NCBI GenBank assembly: GCA_016699425.1 | Contig: CP064975.1 | Coordinates: 1,149,369 to 1,213,368, forward strand | Direction of reading: 5' to 3' | Length of the DNA: 64,000 nt | Source: Candidatus Moraniibacteriota bacterium | GTDB lineage: Bacteria; Patescibacteriota; Minisyncoccia; Moranbacterales; UBA1568 | In this document: positions 8,564 to 21,300 of the stretch, one piece after another | How the letters are laid out: every line of letters begins with the position of its first letter | Position numbering within the stretch: position 1 is the first letter of the stretch | Notes under the pieces: model-generated | What the model was told of the DNA's origin: nothing | The model's database searches: none | What the model saw: the letters and a program-made list of their open reading frames with translations, nothing else | Position numbers and translations under genes: made by a program

Positions 8564-9599
8564 TTGGGTTTTTCCTCCCCCCCACCCTCGCCTTCCGCCC
8601 AGGACGGATCCCTGCCTGACCGGCAGGCAGGCCTTCGCATCGTCACTTCCCCCCTCCCGATCTCACTCGTCGCCGAACCAGGGACGACCATCACGACCGA
8701 ACTGAAGGTGAAGAACGGCGGCACCGAACCTGAGACCCTGAAGATTGATATCCTGAAGTTCAACGCCTATGAAGACACGGGGAAGCCCGCCCTCCACGAC
8801 CTTGAACCGACGGATGAGTTCGCGAAATGGGTGACCTTCTCCGAACCGACCTTTACCGTGTTGCCCGAGGAGTGGAAGACGGTCACGGCCACGTTCACCG
8901 TCCCGGAGGAAGCCTCGTTCGGTTACTACTACGCCTTCGTTTTCTCTCGGGCCGAGGATCAGGAAGCCAAGCCTGGAGAGACGGCGGTCGTCGGCGGCAC
9001 GGCGACCCTCGTCCTCCTCGAAGCACGGGTACCAAATGCCTTGCGTGAGATCACCGTCACCGAGTTCTCGACGGACAAGACGGTCTATGAGTTCCTCCCG
9101 GTCAACTTCACCGTTTCTCTCAAGAATTCGGGCAATGTCCATGTCGCCCCGCGGGGCAATATCTTCCTCTCTCGGGGCAGTAACAAAGACATCGCCCTCC
9201 TCGAACTCAATTCCGGCAAGGGGAGCATCCTCCCGGATTCAACGCGTATCTTTGAGACGGGATGGAAGGATGGCTTCCCAGTTTACGAGGAAACGATCGA
9301 AAATGGCCAAGTCGTGCTCGATGAACTCGGTCATCAGACCTATCACCTGACCTGGGACTTCAAGAACGCTTCCCACCTCCCGTTTCGGCAAGTATACTGC
9401 CAAGATGCTCCTCGTTTACGATGATGGGACGCGGGACATCCCGATCGAGGGAGTGGTATCGTTTTGGGTGATGCCGTGGCGGTTGATTGCGGGGGCGGTG
9501 TTCAATTTCGCACTCATTATCGGACTCGGCTGGTATGTCATCCGCCTGCGCCGACGTTTGAAGCGGCTTCAATCAAATGATCAGTCACTCGTGAAATAG
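8564..9599 (+). pseudogene. Cell-surface beta-sandwich protein with a C-terminal TM anchor (duplicated family, copy 1); frameshifted
   Basis: Body ORF 8564..9424 continues as ORF 9405..9599 (TM tail WVMPWRLIAGAVF...) after a +1 C in a C-run near 9392. The signal-peptide region carries a further +C shift. Confidence 0.5.
8592..9530 (+). repeat. Tandem gene duplication, copy 1 (~940 bp, period ~1063 bp)
   Basis: Identical to 9655..10567 except for three short homopolymer indels. The shared antisense ORF N-termini (MNFRISIFRVSGSVPP...) confirm the repeat. Confidence 0.85.
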
Positions 9600-9602
9600 A
9601 GT

Positions 9603-10654
9603 ATGAAGTATTTCTTCCTCATCCTGACCATCGCTTTCCTCACCCCCTCCCTCGCTTCCGCCCAGGACGGATCCCTGCCTGACCGGCAGGCAGGCCTTCG
9701 CATCGTCACTTCCCCCCTCCCGATCTCACTCGTCGCCGAACCAGGGACGACCATCACGACCGAACTGAAGGTGAAGAACGGCGGCACCGAACCTGAGACC
9801 CTGAAGATTGATATCCTGAAGTTCAACGCCTATGAAGACACGGGGAAGCCCGCCCTCCACGACCTTGAACCGACGGATGAGTTCGCGAAATGGGTGACCT
9901 TCTCCGAACCGACCTTTACCGTGTTGCCCGAGGAGTGGAAGACGGTCACGGCCACGTTCACCGTCCCGGGAGGAAGCCTCGTTCGGTTACTACTACGCCT
10001 TCGTTTTCTCTCGGGCCGAGGATCAGGAAGCCAAGCCTGGAGAGACGGCGGTCGTCGGCGGCACGGCGACCCTCGTCCTCCTCGAAGCACGGGTACCAAA
10101 TGCCTTGCGTGAGATCACCGTCACCGAGTTCTCGACGGACAAGACGGTCTATGAGTTCCTCCCGGTCAACTTCACCGTTTCTCTCAAGAATTCGGGCAAT
10201 GTCCATGTCGCCCCGCGGCAATATCTTCCTCTCTCGGGGCAGTAACAAAGACATCGCCCTCCTCGAACTCAATTCCGGCAAGGGGAGCATCCTCCCGGAT
10301 TCAACGCGTATCTTTGAGACGGGATGGAAGGATGGCTTCCCAGTTTACGAGGAAACGATCGAAAATGGCCAAGTCGTGCTCGATGAACTCGGTCATCAGA
10401 CCTATCACCTGACCTGGGACTTCAAGAACGCTTCCCACCTCCGTTTCGGCAAGTATACTGCCAAGATGCTCCTCGTTTACGATGATGGGACGCGGGACAT
10501 CCCGATCGAGGGAGTGGTATCGTTTTGGGTGATGCCGTGGCGGTTGATTGCGGGGGCGGTGTTCATCGGCATCTTCTTCCTCATCGGTATGAAGTCAACT
10601 CTCTCAAAAATATGGAAACGTCTCTTCTCGCGTTCATCCGAAACTTCTGTCTGA
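9603..10654 (+). pseudogene. Cell-surface beta-sandwich protein with a C-terminal TM anchor (duplicated family, copy 2); two frameshifts
   Basis: Good signal peptide MKYFFLILTIAFLTPSLASA. A +G at about 9967 and a -GG at about 10212, relative to copy 1, split the reading frame across ORFs 9603.. and 9890..10654. Confidence 0.5.
9655..10567 (+). repeat. Tandem gene duplication, copy 2
   Basis: See copy 1. The flanking signal-peptide and C-terminal tail regions differ between the two copies. Confidence 0.85.
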
Positions 10655-11568
10655 TGCGGACTTGTTGGTGTCTTATTTTTGCCCTGTCGATACTCCTGTT
10701 GTACACCTCGATTGCTCAGGGTGCGGGTTTCACGGTGACCCCGATGATTCAGGAAGTAGTCTTGGGCGAAGGTGAAGCAGCGAAGACATACGACGCGACG
10801 GTTGCCAATGAGAGTGACAGTCTGGCGACACTTGAAATTTCAGTTATTGACTTTGGCAGCTTGGATGAATCCGGAGGCGTCGCATTCCTCGGTGCGTCGG
10901 GCGAATTGGACGAGCGGTATGCGCTCGCTTCTTGGATGCAGCCGGAGACAAGCGAGGTCACCCTCCAGCCCGGTGAGGTACGATCGGTCAAAGTGCGGAT
11001 TGAGAATCGTGAGAGTTTGTCGCCAGGTGGGCACTATGGGGCGCTGGTGTTCAAGACAGTCTCAACCACCAAACCAGATATCCCAAGTGTCGCCATCAAT
11101 CAGATATTTTCGTCGCTCGTTCTCGTGAAGAAAACTGGTGGGGCGGTTTACGGCCTTGATTTGGTCTCGGTCGAACATCCGGATCAGGTGTTTTCATTCG
11201 GCGCCACGGTTGTACCGCGTTTCAAGAATCCTGGCAATGTCCATGTCGTCCCTCGCGGCGTGGCGAGCGTGACGGATCCGTTGGGCCGGCTCGTCTATCG
11301 AGGCGTCCTCAATGAGGGGTCTGCCATTATCCTGCCTGAGACATTCCGTGAATTCCCGTTCAAGCTTTTCCCTGTGGAGAAAGCCTTTGTTCCAGGAGCG
11401 TATGTTCTGACGCTTCAGTACCGCTATGATGGGAAGGACGCCTTTGAGACCTGGTCGAAGCGTTCCTTCCTATTCCCTCCACTCCTTACGAGTATCTTGG
11501 CCGCACTTTTCACTCTCAGTCTTGTCGCCTTCGGTGTCCTCCGACGTCGAGGTCGCCGGTCTGTCTAG
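10654..11568 (+). CDS. Cell-surface beta-sandwich protein with a C-terminal TM anchor (diverged intact paralog of the duplicated family)
   Basis: ATG at 10654. Signal peptide ...SIAQGAG. Conserved FKNPGNVHVVPRG vs LKNSGNVHVAPRG in the duplicates. C-terminal TM plus basic tail RRRGRRSV. Confidence 0.6.
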   Translation: MRTCWCLIFALSILLLYTSIAQGAGFTVTPMIQEVVLGEGEAAKTYDATVANESDSLATLEISVIDFGSLDESGGVAFLGASGELDERYALASWMQPETSEVTLQPGEVRSVKVRIENRESLSPGGHYGALVFKTVSTTKPDIPSVAINQIFSSLVLVKKTGGAVYGLDLVSVEHPDQVFSFGATVVPRFKNPGNVHVVPRGVASVTDPLGRLVYRGVLNEGSAIILPETFREFPFKLFPVEKAFVPGAYVLTLQYRYDGKDAFETWSKRSFLFPPLLTSILAALFTLSLVAFGVLRRRGRRSV

Positions 11569-11614
11569 AAACACTCGTCGTCAGGCGGGGGTCAGCGTGT
11601 TAGGATATCGTCAT

Positions 11615-12241
11615 ATGGAGGAAGAAAAGATTGATAACATCGCTCATCGCCGGCCATCCCGTCGCTTAGTGTACTGGTTAGTAGTTTTGGTGCTGCTCAG
11701 TCTCATTCTCTGGTTTCTTTGGTGGCTGTTCCAGCGTCCATCGCATGGAACCGTATCGATTGCCCCGGCGGTCGAGAAAACGGACTACGCCGATCCCGAT
11801 CATCGCAAGCGCTATCAGGGAAAGTTCTTTACTTTCACGTACCCCTATGATTTCAATCGACGTGAAGAGGTAGAGACTGTCAAACATCCGCTGTTAGAGC
11901 GCGTTTACCTCTCACGGAGCGATATCGAGGGACGAAAAATTGCATTCACCCTGCAGGATAATTCTGGGTATGCCTTTGAAGAGTATTCGAGCTTCCGAAT
12001 GCGTGCGAATGATCCGGCAACCTATCGACAGGAGAAAATTGAGATAAATGGCTTGAACGCGGTCATCTTCACAAAAATTACGAGCGTTTTTGAAGAGAGT
12101 GCCTTTTTTCAGAACAATAACCGTGTCATGAGCGTTGTTGTTTCATCACCGACGACACAAAACGGGCTTCGAGAAGAGCTCGTGGCCATATTTGATTCGT
12201 TTGCTTGGATCAGCGAGAAATCTGAGCGAATTCAGCCTTGA
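11615..12241 (+). CDS. N-terminally TM-anchored hypothetical protein
   Basis: ATG at 11615 in frame within ORF 11426..12241. TM helix LVYWLVVLVLLSLILWFLWWLF. No recognisable domain. Confidence 0.45.
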   Translation: MEEEKIDNIAHRRPSRRLVYWLVVLVLLSLILWFLWWLFQRPSHGTVSIAPAVEKTDYADPDHRKRYQGKFFTFTYPYDFNRREEVETVKHPLLERVYLSRSDIEGRKIAFTLQDNSGYAFEEYSSFRMRANDPATYRQEKIEINGLNAVIFTKITSVFEESAFFQNNNRVMSVVVSSPTTQNGLREELVAIFDSFAWISEKSERIQP

Positions 12242-12279
12242 CACTGACGGGCATATTCCTTTTACTGGAGCCATTCTTT

Positions 12280-12288
12280 TGCTATACT
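12280..12288 (+). promoter_or_regulatory. Extended -10 element TGcTATACT upstream of the giant gene
   Basis: TG at 12280-81 and TATACT at 12283-88. A weak -35 TTTACT sits 16 nt upstream. Confidence 0.45.
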
Positions 12289-12305
12289 GTCAGCGTGTAA
12301 AGATT

Positions 12306-12339
12306 CTTGCTCCGACGGGTGAACGGAGCAAGGGTTTTT
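12306..12339 (+). terminator. Perfect 9-bp-stem hairpin plus U-tract between the promoter and the giant-gene start (terminator/attenuator-like)
   Basis: CTTGCTCCG-ACGGGTGAA-CGGAGCAAG followed by GGTTTTTC. Confidence 0.55.
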
Positions 12340-12373
12340 CATTATTCCGATAGAAAAATCGGAGCGTGCGTGT

Positions 12374-15300
12374 ATGTTGTCACCCAAAAAACACAAGCTC
12401 AAATCAAAAAATATTCAGCGCTCATTCCGCCGGTACTTCCCCGGTGTGGTTGGATTTTTTCTGCTCACGCTTGCATCGTTTCTCATCGCGACGGACATCG
12501 ATGCGGCGACGGGTATCAACAAGCAAATCAGTTTTCAGGGCAAGGTCGTGAATACGAACGGGACGAATGTCTCGAACGGGAGCTACAACTTCCTGTTCTG
12601 TCTCTACACGACTGCGAGTCCAGCGACGCCGTGTACGGCTGGATCAAACAATGATGCGGTCTGGCGTGAATCAAAAAGTCTCACGGTCACGGACGGCATC
12701 TTCCAATCAAATCTCGGCGATACTACAGCGCTCCCGGGTTCGGTGGATTTCAATACAGACAATATTTATCTCGGCATAAATTTCAATAGCGACGGGCAGA
12801 TGTCACCGCTTGTCCGATTCACGGCTGCGCCGTACGCGATGAACGCAGCGAAGGTCGGCGGGCTGACGGTGACGGACACGACCGGCACGCTCACGATCCC
12901 AAACGCCAAGACCGTTCAATTTGCGGATGCGTTTACGACGACGGGTGCATTTCCGTTGACACTGACGTCGACGGCCAGTACGACGGCGACACTGCCTTCG
13001 GGAACGATCACTCTGGTCGACCTGGCAACATCACAGTCGCTTACCAACAAAACAATCGGTTCGACAGGACTGACATTTTCCGGTGCGTCGACGGATATCA
13101 CGACGGCCACGGGCGAGGACCTGACAGTGGTGGCCAATGGGGCCGGGATAATCAATCTCAATGATTCGGTCACGACCGGTGCGCTCACCATTTCTGGTGC
13201 GACCACGGACATCACCACCGCATCGGGCGAGTCACTCGTCATCGTCGCCAACGGAGCGGGGGTCGTCGATATCCAGGATGCGACGACGGTGGATTCGCTC
13301 ACCGCAGACACCGGCGGCGTCTCGATCGCTAGTGGACAGAGCTATACCGGTGCCGGCGCGGTCACGCTTTCATCGGCTGCGACGACCGCCCTCACCGTCG
13401 ATTCGGGGACGACCGGTGCACTCAATCTCGGGACCAGCAACAATGCGAAGACCATCTCACTTGGTACCGGTACCGCCGGCAACACGATCAATGTCGGGAC
13501 AGACAACACGACCAAGGACACGATCAATATCGGCTCGGCGCTCGATGATGTCGCTATCACTGGCGACCAATGGAGTATCACGAATGCGGGAGTCTTGACC
13601 GTGGTGTCGTGTAGTGGGTGCGGGGGAGGCGGAGGGACACTCGATAGCGCGTACACGGCTGGCAATACGATTACAACGGACAGTGGGAACAATGTCATCA
13701 TCACGCTTCAAGAGGTGGCGACCCCGACATCGTTCGTCGTCGAGAATCAGGATACGGCGGGCGTCTCGGCGGAGCGGGTCTTCAACTCGATCGCCTCTGG
13801 CACGCTCACCAATGGACTGCTCATCGAACAGGCCGGTGCAGGTACGATGACCAATGCCATCCAGATTGCCGAGACCGCCGGGACCATCACTGATGGCATC
13901 CTCATCACTGGCACACTGGGCAATATCTTGAACTCCCCCTCGCTCGATATCACGGGTGCAGGGGCCATCACTGGTGCGACCGGGATTACCTCGGCGACGG
14001 GGGATATCACCGCTACGGCAGGGAACATCGTCTTGAATAGCACAACGCGGATCTCAAATGCTGGTGTCGGTACATTCATCACAGGCACAGTGATCGGTTC
14101 GCAGACCTTTACGACCAACAATATCGCTGACTCAGGCGCACTCACGATTGCTTCTGCTGCCGCATCGGCCCTGACCCTGAACTCGGGCACGACTGGGACG
14201 ATCGATATCGGGACAGATGCCAGCGCTGAGACGATCAATATCGGCAATACCGGTGCGGCCGTGAAGACGATCGCGATCGGCAACAACTCACAGGCCAACA
14301 CCATCACCATTGGTGATGCGTCGGCGACGAGCGTCTCCATCACGGACAATAACTGGTCGATTTCAACAGCGGGTGCTGGGGCATTTACTTCACTCTCATC
14401 CACGGGTGCCATCGCTGCCAACGGTGGCATCACCTTCGACAACACCTCCGACACCGTTGGTTCCTTCACCTCATCCGGCACCATCCTGATGAACTCGAAC
14501 ATCCTCCAAGATATCGGCAACACCGGTACCGACTTCATCGCCAGTACCGGAGCCCTCACCCTCGCCGGCGTGCTGACAGCCAATGGCGGCATCACCTTAG
14601 CGGGGAGCCAGTCCTTCGCGGCTTCCGCCCTCTCCTATATGGACCTCGGTCTCATCACGCACAGTACGACTGCCAATCAAGGCCTCCGTCTCCCCAATGC
14701 GGCGAGTGCTACCCCGTCCAACCCAACCTCAGGGGAAGGCTATCTCGCGTGGGATGCCGCGGGGAATCAGCTCATTACGTACAATGGGAGCGCGTGGACG
14801 ACTTTGACCGGCAGTGCTTCAGATCTCCAAACTGCCTATAATACCGACGCTGACGGATCGAACGCGACCATCTCCCTCACTGCCGCTGATGACGGCCTCA
14901 TCATCACCAACCCTACCTCAGCCGGTAACAACCTCTCCGCCTTCACCCTCCAAGTCTCCCAGCTCAATACGACCGCGGCGATCACGGCTATTGATATCAT
15001 CCAAGCGAGCAATGCGGCGAACGGGGTTGACATCACCGCCAACGCCATTGATACGGAAACAGCGCTCGCCGTGACGGCCAATGTTCTGACTTCCGGCAGA
15101 GCCCTCACCCTCGCCTCCTCCTCCGTCGCCTTCACCGGTGCCCTCGAATCCATCACCCTCTCTGGCTCCAATGCCGCCAATACCGGCAATCTCCTCCTCA
15201 TCGCTGACACCGGTGCTCTCAATACCACCACCTCCTTCAAAGTCACCGCCAATGGGGCGGCTACTCAGGTTGCTGCCTTGATCGAAAACACCGGCTCCGG

Positions 15301-18300
15301 TACGAGCTTCCGTGTCAACGATGTCGCCAGTGACACCGACCCCTTCCTCATCGACGCGACTGGCAATGTCGGTATCGGCGACGCTACCCCGAACACGATT
15401 CTGGACGTTCTCTCCTCGGGTGCCGCGGACACGGTCTTCACCCTGGCCAATACCAATGCTGGTGACTTTGATCCGATCGTGAAGTTTGAACTCACCGAAG
15501 GCACCCCCCTCTTCACCCTCGGCATCGATGACTCAGACTCCGACAAGTTCAAGATCTACTCTGGGGATGGTCTCGCCAGTGGGGATGAGTTTGTCATTGA
15601 CGCGAGCGGTACCACCACCATCGCTAACCTCAACCTGGGCGCTACCTCCTTTGATACCGATGCTGGGGCCGTGACCTGGATCGATATGCCGGTGACGAGC
15701 GGGGCGGCGGACAATACGGTGGAATCGTACACGTCGCAGCTCGATGGCCAGAGTATGCTCACGGTGTACGCCCTCTCCGATGGGGCGGGGAGCATCGATA
15801 CTCGGCGTGTCCAGCTCGGGGACGGCGGGGCAGGTGTGGCTCAGCCGGTTCTGCTTGGATTGGATGTCCGGACAGGCACGGGGGATCCGACGGATGGTTT
15901 CGAAGGGGCCATGTACTACAACACGACGGACAATGTCTTCCGCTGTTACCAAAACACCGGCTGGACGAACTGCATCGGTTCGGGTGGTTCCACCGACCTC
16001 CAGACCGCCTACAACACGGACGCTGACGGTACCAACGCGACTATCTCCCTCACCGCCGCTGACGATGGCCTCATCATCACCAACCCGACCTCGGCCGGCA
16101 ACAACCTCTCCGCCTTCACCCTCCAAGTCTCTCAGCTCAACACGACTGCTGCGATCACGGCCATCGATATCATCCAGGCATCCAATGCGGCGAACGGCGT
16201 CGACATTACCGCCAACGCGATCGATACCGAGACGGCCCTGACGGTCACTGCCAATGCGCTGACGACGGGCCGGGGCCTCTCGATCGATGCGGGCAATACG
16301 ATGACGACGGGCGGCGCGCTCAGTATCAGCGGTACGACCTATGTTCATGGCGCGGAGACGGGGAGCCTTGTGAGCTTGGCCGTTACCGACGCGACGACGG
16401 CGGCAGTAACCAGTACGACCAACACCCTTCTCGTATCGCCCACGATCAATGCTCCCTCGGGTGCCGCAACGAGAACTATAAGCGGTGTTTCTGTCACTCC
16501 GACAACGACGGCCTGTGCCGCCGGTACCTGTGCCGTGAACGGTTTCAATGTGGGCGCTATCACCGAAGGTGCTGACGCAGCGAGATTCGCGAGTACAGCA
16601 CTCAATATCGGCACGGGTTGGGACACCTTCCTCGACACGGCTTCCCTTGATATCACCGGCGCGGGGGCCATCACCGGCGCGACGGGTGTTTCGACTACGA
16701 CGGTGACGGCCTCATCCACCATCGCGGCCAATGGTGGCATCACCTTCGACAACAACACCGACACCGTCGGCTCGTTCACCTCATCCGGCACCATCCTGAT
16801 GAACTCGAACATCCTGCAGGATATCGGCAATACCGGCACTGACTTCATCGCCAGTACCGGGGCCCTCACCCTCGCCGGCGTCCTCACAGCGAACGGCGGC
16901 ATCACCCTCGCGGCGAGCCAGACCTTCACGGGTTCGTCGCTCTCGTACATGGACCTGGGTGCCATCACGCACGGGACGACGGCAGTGCAGGGACTCCGAT
17001 TGCCGCAGGCGGCGAGCGCCAGCCCGTCGAGTCCGAGCTCGGGCGAGGGTTACCTGGCCTGGGACGCGGGCGGCAACCAGGTCATCTATTACAACGGCGC
17101 GGCCTGGGCGACATTTGGTGCGGGCGGCGGTTATAATTTGATCAAAGATGAAGCCTCAAGCCTTACGGCCCGGACCACGCTCGCCTTCCTCGGTGCGGGC
17201 GTATCGTGTGCGGACAATGCGTCGCAGACCGAGTGTACGATTTCAGGCGGCGCGGGCTCGGATCTGCAGGGGACCTATGGCGCTGATGCCGATGGTTCGA
17301 ATGCGACCATCTCGCTCACCAGCGCGGATGACTCGCTCGTCATCCGTAACCCGTCCTCGGCGGGCACCGACTCGGCCTTTACCTTCAAGGTGGAACAGCT
17401 CAATACCGGGATCGACAATGACGTCATCTATGCCGACAACCGCGGCACGGGCGACGGTCTCCGTATCGATGACACGTCTGGTGATACGACACCGTTTATC
17501 GTTGACCAGCATGGTCGGGTAGGCATCGGGACAGCGTCTATAAGTGGAAATGCTTCCACAGAGCGTCTGTTACAGGTTGGTTCCGAGACTACGCGCGGAA
17601 ATTCGGCGACCTATGGGGAAATAATCAGTAAGGGGCTGAATAGGCATACAGCTCTCACCAACATTCAAGACATCTTTGTCTATGATACGACAGGGGATAG
17701 TGATGGCGGACGTTGGATCGATTGGGCGACCACGGACAACCTGTCTTGGTACTCTGAAACACTTGATGATGGACCAAATGATCCGTGTAATATTGCCAGC
17801 GATGACCGTTGCTATAATAGCTCTTTTCCCCGGAAAGCCATCCTGGTCGTAACGACCGATGCTCTCTATATCTTCGACGCAGCGACGAACGACATGTGGA
17901 TGAAGTTTAGTCAGAATGCTTCGGGATATGCTCTCGGGGTAGATACCAACAATGATCCCTCGAGTGTTCATGCGCTGAATGGTGTCGTCTATGTTGGTGC
18001 CAACGGTACATCAGCTGGTGGTTTGTACGCCATCGACTTCGTGAATGATCGCATGTGGAACTACGGTGGCACCAATCGTTCTGCGGCGGATACTGGTATC
18101 AGCGGACGCAATGCTGCGGTGACATACAATGTCGACAGCAATGCCAAGCTTGAAATCTCACCCGTTGGGACACAGGCAGAATGGGAGCGAGTGAACGATG
18201 TCCATGCAGTGGTGATGTCGCGCACCCAATCAGCGGTAACGGCTCTCGGTAGTGCAACCAATACGAACCCTGGCTATGGTAAAGTCTTTATTGGACTTGC

Positions 18301-21300
18301 GACCGACTCTGGGGTAACGATAATCAACCCATCGGGCCAAGTCTTGAACCAGTATTCGGATGTCACCGCCGATGATTACACAGCGGTCGCACTCTCAAGC
18401 AGAGGGTTTATGTATGCGCTCAATACCACGCAGGACCAACTCGAGCGCTGGGATACGATTGACACTGATAAGGCGAGTGAGGTGAATGGTACGTTTAGTC
18501 GTAAATGGGATGAGACGATTGGGACTGGCCCAGCCCTCGCTTCGGCGACCTTCAATATTGTGGCTGGGATGCCAGATAACCTGGAGATTGCCGAACGCGC
18601 CTCGAATAATTTGAACACGGAAGACGTTATTTATGTTGGCCATAGTCTTGGCATGGCGGAACTGCATGAACATACGACGCAGGCCTTTGGCTGGGTCAAG
18701 CATTACAATGCAACCCGTCAAACGCCGATGATGATGCTCGCTGGTATAAATGATATGGTGCTTCCCATGGACGATACCTCTGGAACCCAGGCGCAGGACC
18801 TCGCTATCGCCAATACGGACATGGCCATCAAAGGAACACCAACGCTCGGGGTGAACGGTGTGCAGGGCAAGGCAATAAACTTCGATAATACCGACGATTA
18901 TCTGTGTTCTGATAATGATCAGAACAATACCTGCGATGTCGATACCGCTTTTAATATGTCGACGGTCGGTTGGACGCTCAGTCTGTGGTTTCGGCATTCG
19001 ACCACAGCACCGGCCTCGGGTGTCGATATGCTTTTTGAAAAATGCGTGACGGCGACACCGGGCCAGGCGATAGGCTGCGTAGCCGCCTACATGACTACTA
19101 CCGGTGTAGTAGTAGTTGCCAATGATGATGATGCGACTTGGACCCAAGGGTCGTCGTATGATATTACCGCTACCTCGACCTATGCTTACAATGACAACCA
19201 GTGGCACAACCTGATTATCACAAGAACCAACGCCAACGACGTGGATTCCTGGATCGATGGGCAGGGCATGAACCTTTCCACGGCTACCGGTCTGACAGCT
19301 ACGTTTGACGGTTCGCAGATCGTCAGTATTGGTGCTTCCTGTGTGACGACAGTGACCGCCAACTGTGGTGCAGCCACAAATTTCTGGGATGGCCAAATTG
19401 ACGATGTGCAATACATTGTCGGGACAACGACACAAGCGACCATGACTCAGCTCTATGTTCGCCGGTATTTCAATGTGGAACGACCCCGGGCGAGCAAGAA
19501 AACGGTATCTGTGACCAACGCTACCTCAGCTTCCTCGACTTCTTTGACCGATACGGGGGAGGCTTGGTATGTAAACGAATTTGCCGGACAGATTGTCGAG
19601 ATTACGGGGAGTGACGATGCGGATTGTATCGGCATCACACGACGTATCTCCTCCAACACGGCCACAGCACTCACTTTTACCCCGGCCGTACCGGGAGCGT
19701 GTACCATGGATACTTCGGCTGACTTTCGGATTGATCCAGAGAAGCTCTATGGTGCATCGAGTAGTATTGCCGGCATCGGCATTACGGCAGAAACGCCGCT
19801 TGGTGAAGCCCGTCAACTGTGTGTGGGAACCAATAGTGGCACCGATACGGGTGGTGTGACTTGTTATAACCATCAAGACGGCCCGAGTATCGTGGCTGAC
19901 GTCTATCATAGCCAAGCGAGCAAAACAGATGATAGCGGCACGGACTGGACAGGAACGGATTATGACGACATACGGGCAGTCGATCTTTCTTCTCGAACGC
20001 TCATCATAGCTTCCGAAGGACACTTTACCAGCAGAACGGAAGACGTGCGTCTGGGGCAAGGTCTGGAATATATCAGTAACCAACTCTATGCCATTCGTCA
20101 GGAAATCGTTCTCGACGGTATCACAGCGGTCGGGAGTACGGGTTCAGAAATCGGTTTCACTGGTGGGGCGGACTTGGCGGAGCGGTACTATTCGAATGAG
20201 GCGCTCGTAGCGGGCGAGGTGGTCGCGATTGATTCGTCTCTGGAGGCGGGCGTGAAGAAAACTGTCGGGGCGTATCAGCGTGATGTGCTCGGTATAGTGG
20301 CGACGACTCCTGGCATCGTCCTCGGCGCCGAGGCGGAAAACGGGTATCCGATCGCGCTCGTCGGCCGTGTCCCGGTGAAGGTGACGAATGAAAATGGCCA
20401 GATCTATGCGGGTGACCGGGTGACCGCCGCGAGCCGGCCGGGTCATGCCATGCTCGCGACTCAGGCCGGCCGCGTCATCGGCCAGGCGCTGGGCGATGCG
20501 GTCGACTGGACGGTCTGTGAAGGGGAGGACCCGTTGAATCACGATGCCGTACTCTGCACGACGGTCATGGTCTTCGTCAATCTGTCGGACTACTACGGCC
20601 AGCCAGTCGAGCTCGCCATGGCGGCCCGTGATGCGGCGGATGCAGCTCTGGCTCCGGAGGTCGGGGACGAGGAGCTGGGACTGTCCGGTGCGGGTACTAC
20701 GGTCCGGCTCGTGACGGCCGCTCCGACACGGGAGGAGAAAATCATGGCGTTTCTGAAGGAAATCCGTGACGAGCGGGCGCAGTCAAACGCTGCTCCGTCC
20801 GAAGTCTTCACCGATCGGGTGGCTGCCAGTACCGAGATCATCACACCGAAATTGATCGTCGATGAGATATTTGCGAAGTCGATCAAGGCGGACAGTATCG
20901 AAGGGCTGTCTATCTGGACGGATCAGATTGCATCACTCCAGGAAAAGTATGCTGGGCTCGAGGCGGCTCCTCTGACGGATACGACTGGTACCTCGGCTGT
21001 GCCTCCATCCCTCGCGGTCGCGATGAAACAGCTCGCCACGGATTCGATCACGGTGCAGCTCGATGGTTCTATCCTCGGCAAACTCTCGGTCGAGGGGGCA
21101 CTCCGGATTGGCGGGGATGCACAGTTCGATGGCAACACGGTCTTTGCCAGGCTCGCCTCCTTCCTCGGCGATACGTTGTTCCAGGGCAAGGTGTTCTTTG
21201 AGCAAGCACCGACCTTTGGTTCAAATACGGCGGGCTTCGCCCTCATCGAACAGGGAGCGAAACACGTGCGGGTGAGTTTCGATGAGTCGTATGAGGAGCA

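Noticed and set aside
8461-10700. Possible CRISPR array suggested by direct repeats
   Set aside because: The repeat is a ~1-kb protein-coding tandem duplication with only two copies and no short repeat-spacer periodicity. No cas genes are present in the window.
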